This document shows, piece by piece, positions 35,100 through 38,289 of a stretch of 38,289 nucleotides of DNA. The notes beneath the pieces were generated by a model. The model searched no databases. It was not told the origin of the DNA and saw only the letters and a list, made by a program, of their open reading frames with translations. The position numbers and the translations under genes are program-made. Within the stretch, counting starts at the first letter, position 1, and each line of letters starts with the position of its first letter. Origin of the DNA: Dimargaris cristalligena (Eukaryota); contig ML002360.1 of the NCBI GenBank assembly GCA_003614675.1, positions 1-38,289 on the forward strand, in the 5' to 3' direction.

Positions 35100-36507
35100 A
35101 TGACCGAAGGCACCGCCACTTTCTCATCTGCCGCTATTCCTGGTCCTTCCGGCTCCCCCGGCCTGGCCACGCCGACCAGCAGTGTCACACCCCCGAACTC
35201 CGCCGGCCCCGTTTCCTCCTCGACCGCTACTGCTCTTGCCCCGGGGGCCGGGGGTTCGGTCACCACTACTCCTACCCACTCCTCCACCACTACCCCTTCC
35301 CAATCCCGCCAAATTCCTCTCACATGCGCCGGTCACACCCGGCCCGTCGTACAGCTGCAATTCTCGTCCTTCACCCTCGATAACAACTATCTCCTGATTA
35401 GCGCCTGTAAGGATGGGATGCCCATTCTGCGGGATGGTATCACCGGTGACTGGGTCGGTACCTTCCTCGGCCATAAAGGGGCCGTATGGAGTGCTAAATT
35501 AAACCGTGACACATCGCGTGCTATTACCGCCTCCGCCGACTTCTCCGCGTAAGTACCCCCCCCACGAACCCTCTAAGAAGGCTATCGAGTCGATTACTGA
35601 CCCCTTTCCCCTACCATATTCTCTGATGCTGCCCCCCTCCCTGGATCATTCATCGTCTTTTGGACTCGATTCATATCTCGGTGGCACTTGAACCCCCCCT
35701 ACTTCTCAATGATTAACCAATGATCCTACTTGGTTTTCCATCCCCCTCCATAAATAATATGATCCTTCATTGATGGTGGACTATCTTCCTTCCGTTCCAT
35801 ACAGCAAACTATGGGATACCTACACCGGCCAGGAACTCCTCTCGTTCCCCCACCGCCACATTGTGCGCACCGCTGATTTCATCAATGACACCCACGTCGT
35901 CACCGGTGGTACCGAAAAGATGCTCCGCATTTTCGATTTGGACCACGCGGGGGGCAACAGCGGCCAGTGCGACATACCCGCCCTCGAGCTAGAGGGTCAC
36001 CAGGGGGCCATCAAACACGTGTCTTGGGACCGGACTCGGAGTCAGATCCTCAGTGCGGGTGACGACAAGCAAATCAACGTGTGGGATCTCCGTACCCCGT
36101 CGCCCGTGCATTCCTACCAGCTCGACGATCCCATCACCCATATGGATCTCTCCGCAGACGGTGAATTCGTCATGGGCGCCGCCGGCAAAACCATCCACTT
36201 CTGGGACGCCTCCAGCCGCCAGCTGGTCAAATCATACACCATGCCCTATGAGGTTTCCTCCGTCTCCATCCACCCCCACCACCATACCTTCGTAGCCGGT
36301 GGATCATCCGATTTGTGGGTGCACGTATACGATTTCGAAACCGGTCGGGAGTTGGAGGTCTACAAGGGCCACCACGGCCCCATTCATACTGTCAGCTACA
36401 GCCCCGACGGTGAGATTTACGCCACGGGATCCGAAGACGGTACGATCCGATTGTGGCAGACCACCCCCGGTAAAATTTATGGTCTATGGCAGCCACGCCG
36501 GGCTTAG
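35100..36507 (+). CDS. STRAP: STRAP/UNRIP-like WD40 repeat protein with Ser/Thr/Pro-rich N-terminal extension; ~383 aa, 2 exons
   Basis: Exons 35100-35548 and 35805-36507. Motifs: RQIPLTCAGHTRPVV, LISACKDG.PILRDG.TGDWVGTFLGHKGAVWS, TASADFSAKLWD, YKGHHGPIH.VSYSPDGEIYATGSEDGTIRLWQTTPGK.YGLW. Confidence 0.93.
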
Positions 36508-38289
36508 GCGGAGGAATGGGACTAAAAAGAGAGAAAGCGAGCCATTAAAACCGCCTTATTTTTTTGATTGGCTGGGTCAAGTTCTCGTCCGTCCTATGTT
36601 TTATGATATTCTCGTCTCGATGCCAATATTTTTCATTATTGGCTATATATCCCTGTTTCAACATATTTTCTCCTCGGTGACGGTGTTCGCAACGCAGTAT
36701 TCCGGAGTGGTTTTTTATTGTTTTATTTTTATTTTACATTCTCATTACCGCGACGCTCGTGCCACTCTTTCCCGTCCTACTGATGTATGCGATACGTGGA
36801 CCATAGGTTACTTGACTGTTTATCGTACATTCTTACTATTGCTGGAATTTGGAATACCGCCTGTTTTATTTTACAATGCTCATTGCTTATCAAGTTTTAT
36901 TTCTTCCCTTCATCCAGTTAGGTGCGGTCCCATACCTCCATTTCCATCTAATCATGGAACAGCACCAATAGGCTTCACATCAACATGCCTTTAATTTTTT
37001 TACATTATATTTCAAAATAGCAGTCACCAATATTCAGTCGAGTTGGTCCAGGGACCACACCCACTTCGGGGATTTTAAAGCCCAATCTACTCAATAGCGG
37101 CTAGGGGAATGGTTCCATGGTCTCGGCCAGTTCAAGATGTGATACGCATCGGATACCACCACCTACATGACGGGAGAATCAAGCAGGTTTTCTTATCAGT
37201 ATATTTCTGGATATATCCAACTAAATAAATACGAGATAATTTCCCTCATTTAGTTAGAAATGATTCAAAGTGAAACTGCATCAGATCGGAGAAATTGGAT
37301 AGGGTAAGTTCTTAATCGAAATTGTATTCATCAGGTCTCTTCGACTACTTGAAAGAAACCTGCCTCTGATTAGACAACTTTATCCAGTCTGAATCTTAGA
37401 TGATAGACAAGGATCAGGTTGACCTGGATGGTCTTTCGGGAAACTAGGAATAGACAACGTTGAATCCAAATATAGCAAACCCAGATTTCCCGATTTAGTA
37501 CCATCTGCGCCAAAAAAAAACGAAGAGAGGAAACCCATTTGATACAGGTTTTTTGGACACATAGGGGTAGTGGCAGACCTGGGCCTAATAATAATTTCGC
37601 AACTGATTGGCAGTTACGCAAAACCGATAGGGTACTACGGATATTGTCAGTAGTACTGCTAGAATAGGTTGGCTATTTTTTAGGAACGTCCTGATGACAA
37701 TAATTGGCCATCGACCCATGGTGTACATCTTGCTCCCAAAGAATTTGCCCCAGCTGGCACATCCATCAACTCTAAAGGGTGATTAATTTCGCCAGGCCTC
37801 TCGAGTTTATCACAAATTTGGAATCATCCCGAATATGGCAGTCGAAATTTAGGTATTCATGAATGTAAATCAGAGGGGTATTATTTTGTCAATTTAGGAT
37901 ATAGTTCCATTAGTTATGATGTGCGTATTTTTGATTACTATGGTGAATAGGGTGTTTTGATTCGATGCAGTCAATTAAAATCCACAGCTACCCGTGGCGT
38001 GGACAACAATCTTGGTAATAACCAAAAACCTACGCCTAGGACGAGTAATACGAATAAACAAACACACACGCAAGTAATCGACGTAAAGAGTGCTCTATAG
38101 ATAATAATAAGGGAGATGTTAACAAAGGTGAGTTAGCTAATAAAAAAGATATCACACAGAGTTAATTAACTAAAGAATTTATTATAGGAATTGGATCGGC
38201 TTTATTTAGCTGAGCAGTCTAAATGATTACGGCGTTGTTGTGGTCGCACTTAATACCACAAGGTAATATAGCCTGATAACCTTATCAGG

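Noticed and set aside
36299..36994. 231-aa plus-strand ORF
   Set aside because: Alternative frame of the STRAP end running into T-rich 3' UTR; no recognisable protein features.
37200..37900. Short minus-strand ORFs near the window end
   Set aside because: Interrupted by stops in every frame examined; no identifiable product.

Overview
Eukaryotic, intron-rich genomic DNA, most likely fungal. An early-diverging lineage is plausible from gene content and 160-640 nt GT-AG introns, but this is inference. The window opens with ~2.4 kb of strongly CpG-depleted, probably decayed repeat DNA. Nine spliced genes follow, reconstructed by hand: a tandem pair of group II PLP-dependent aromatic-L-amino-acid decarboxylase (AADC) paralogues (+), a Pub1/TIA-1 triple-RRM protein (-), Snf4/AMPK-gamma (+), Vti1 SNARE (+), two paralogous orphan secreted proteins (-), TCTP (-) and a STRAP/UNRIP WD40 protein (+). 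Main findings: (1) The two orphan proteins carry a signal peptide directly followed by an F-box-like motif and ankyrin-like helical segments. This is an effector-type architecture that could hijack a host SCF ligase, and the genes sit in a tandem duplication with mosaic divergence. (2) The first AADC paralogue keeps the PLP lysine but has lost the catalytic-loop tyrosine and has a remodelled pocket, suggesting new chemistry such as aldehyde synthase activity. (3) There are three copies of a 136-bp MITE with terminal inverted repeats and 4-bp target-site duplications. (4) A duplicated Vti1 3' fragment still forms an intact spliced 44-aa ORF. All models and alignments were made by eye; no database search was run.
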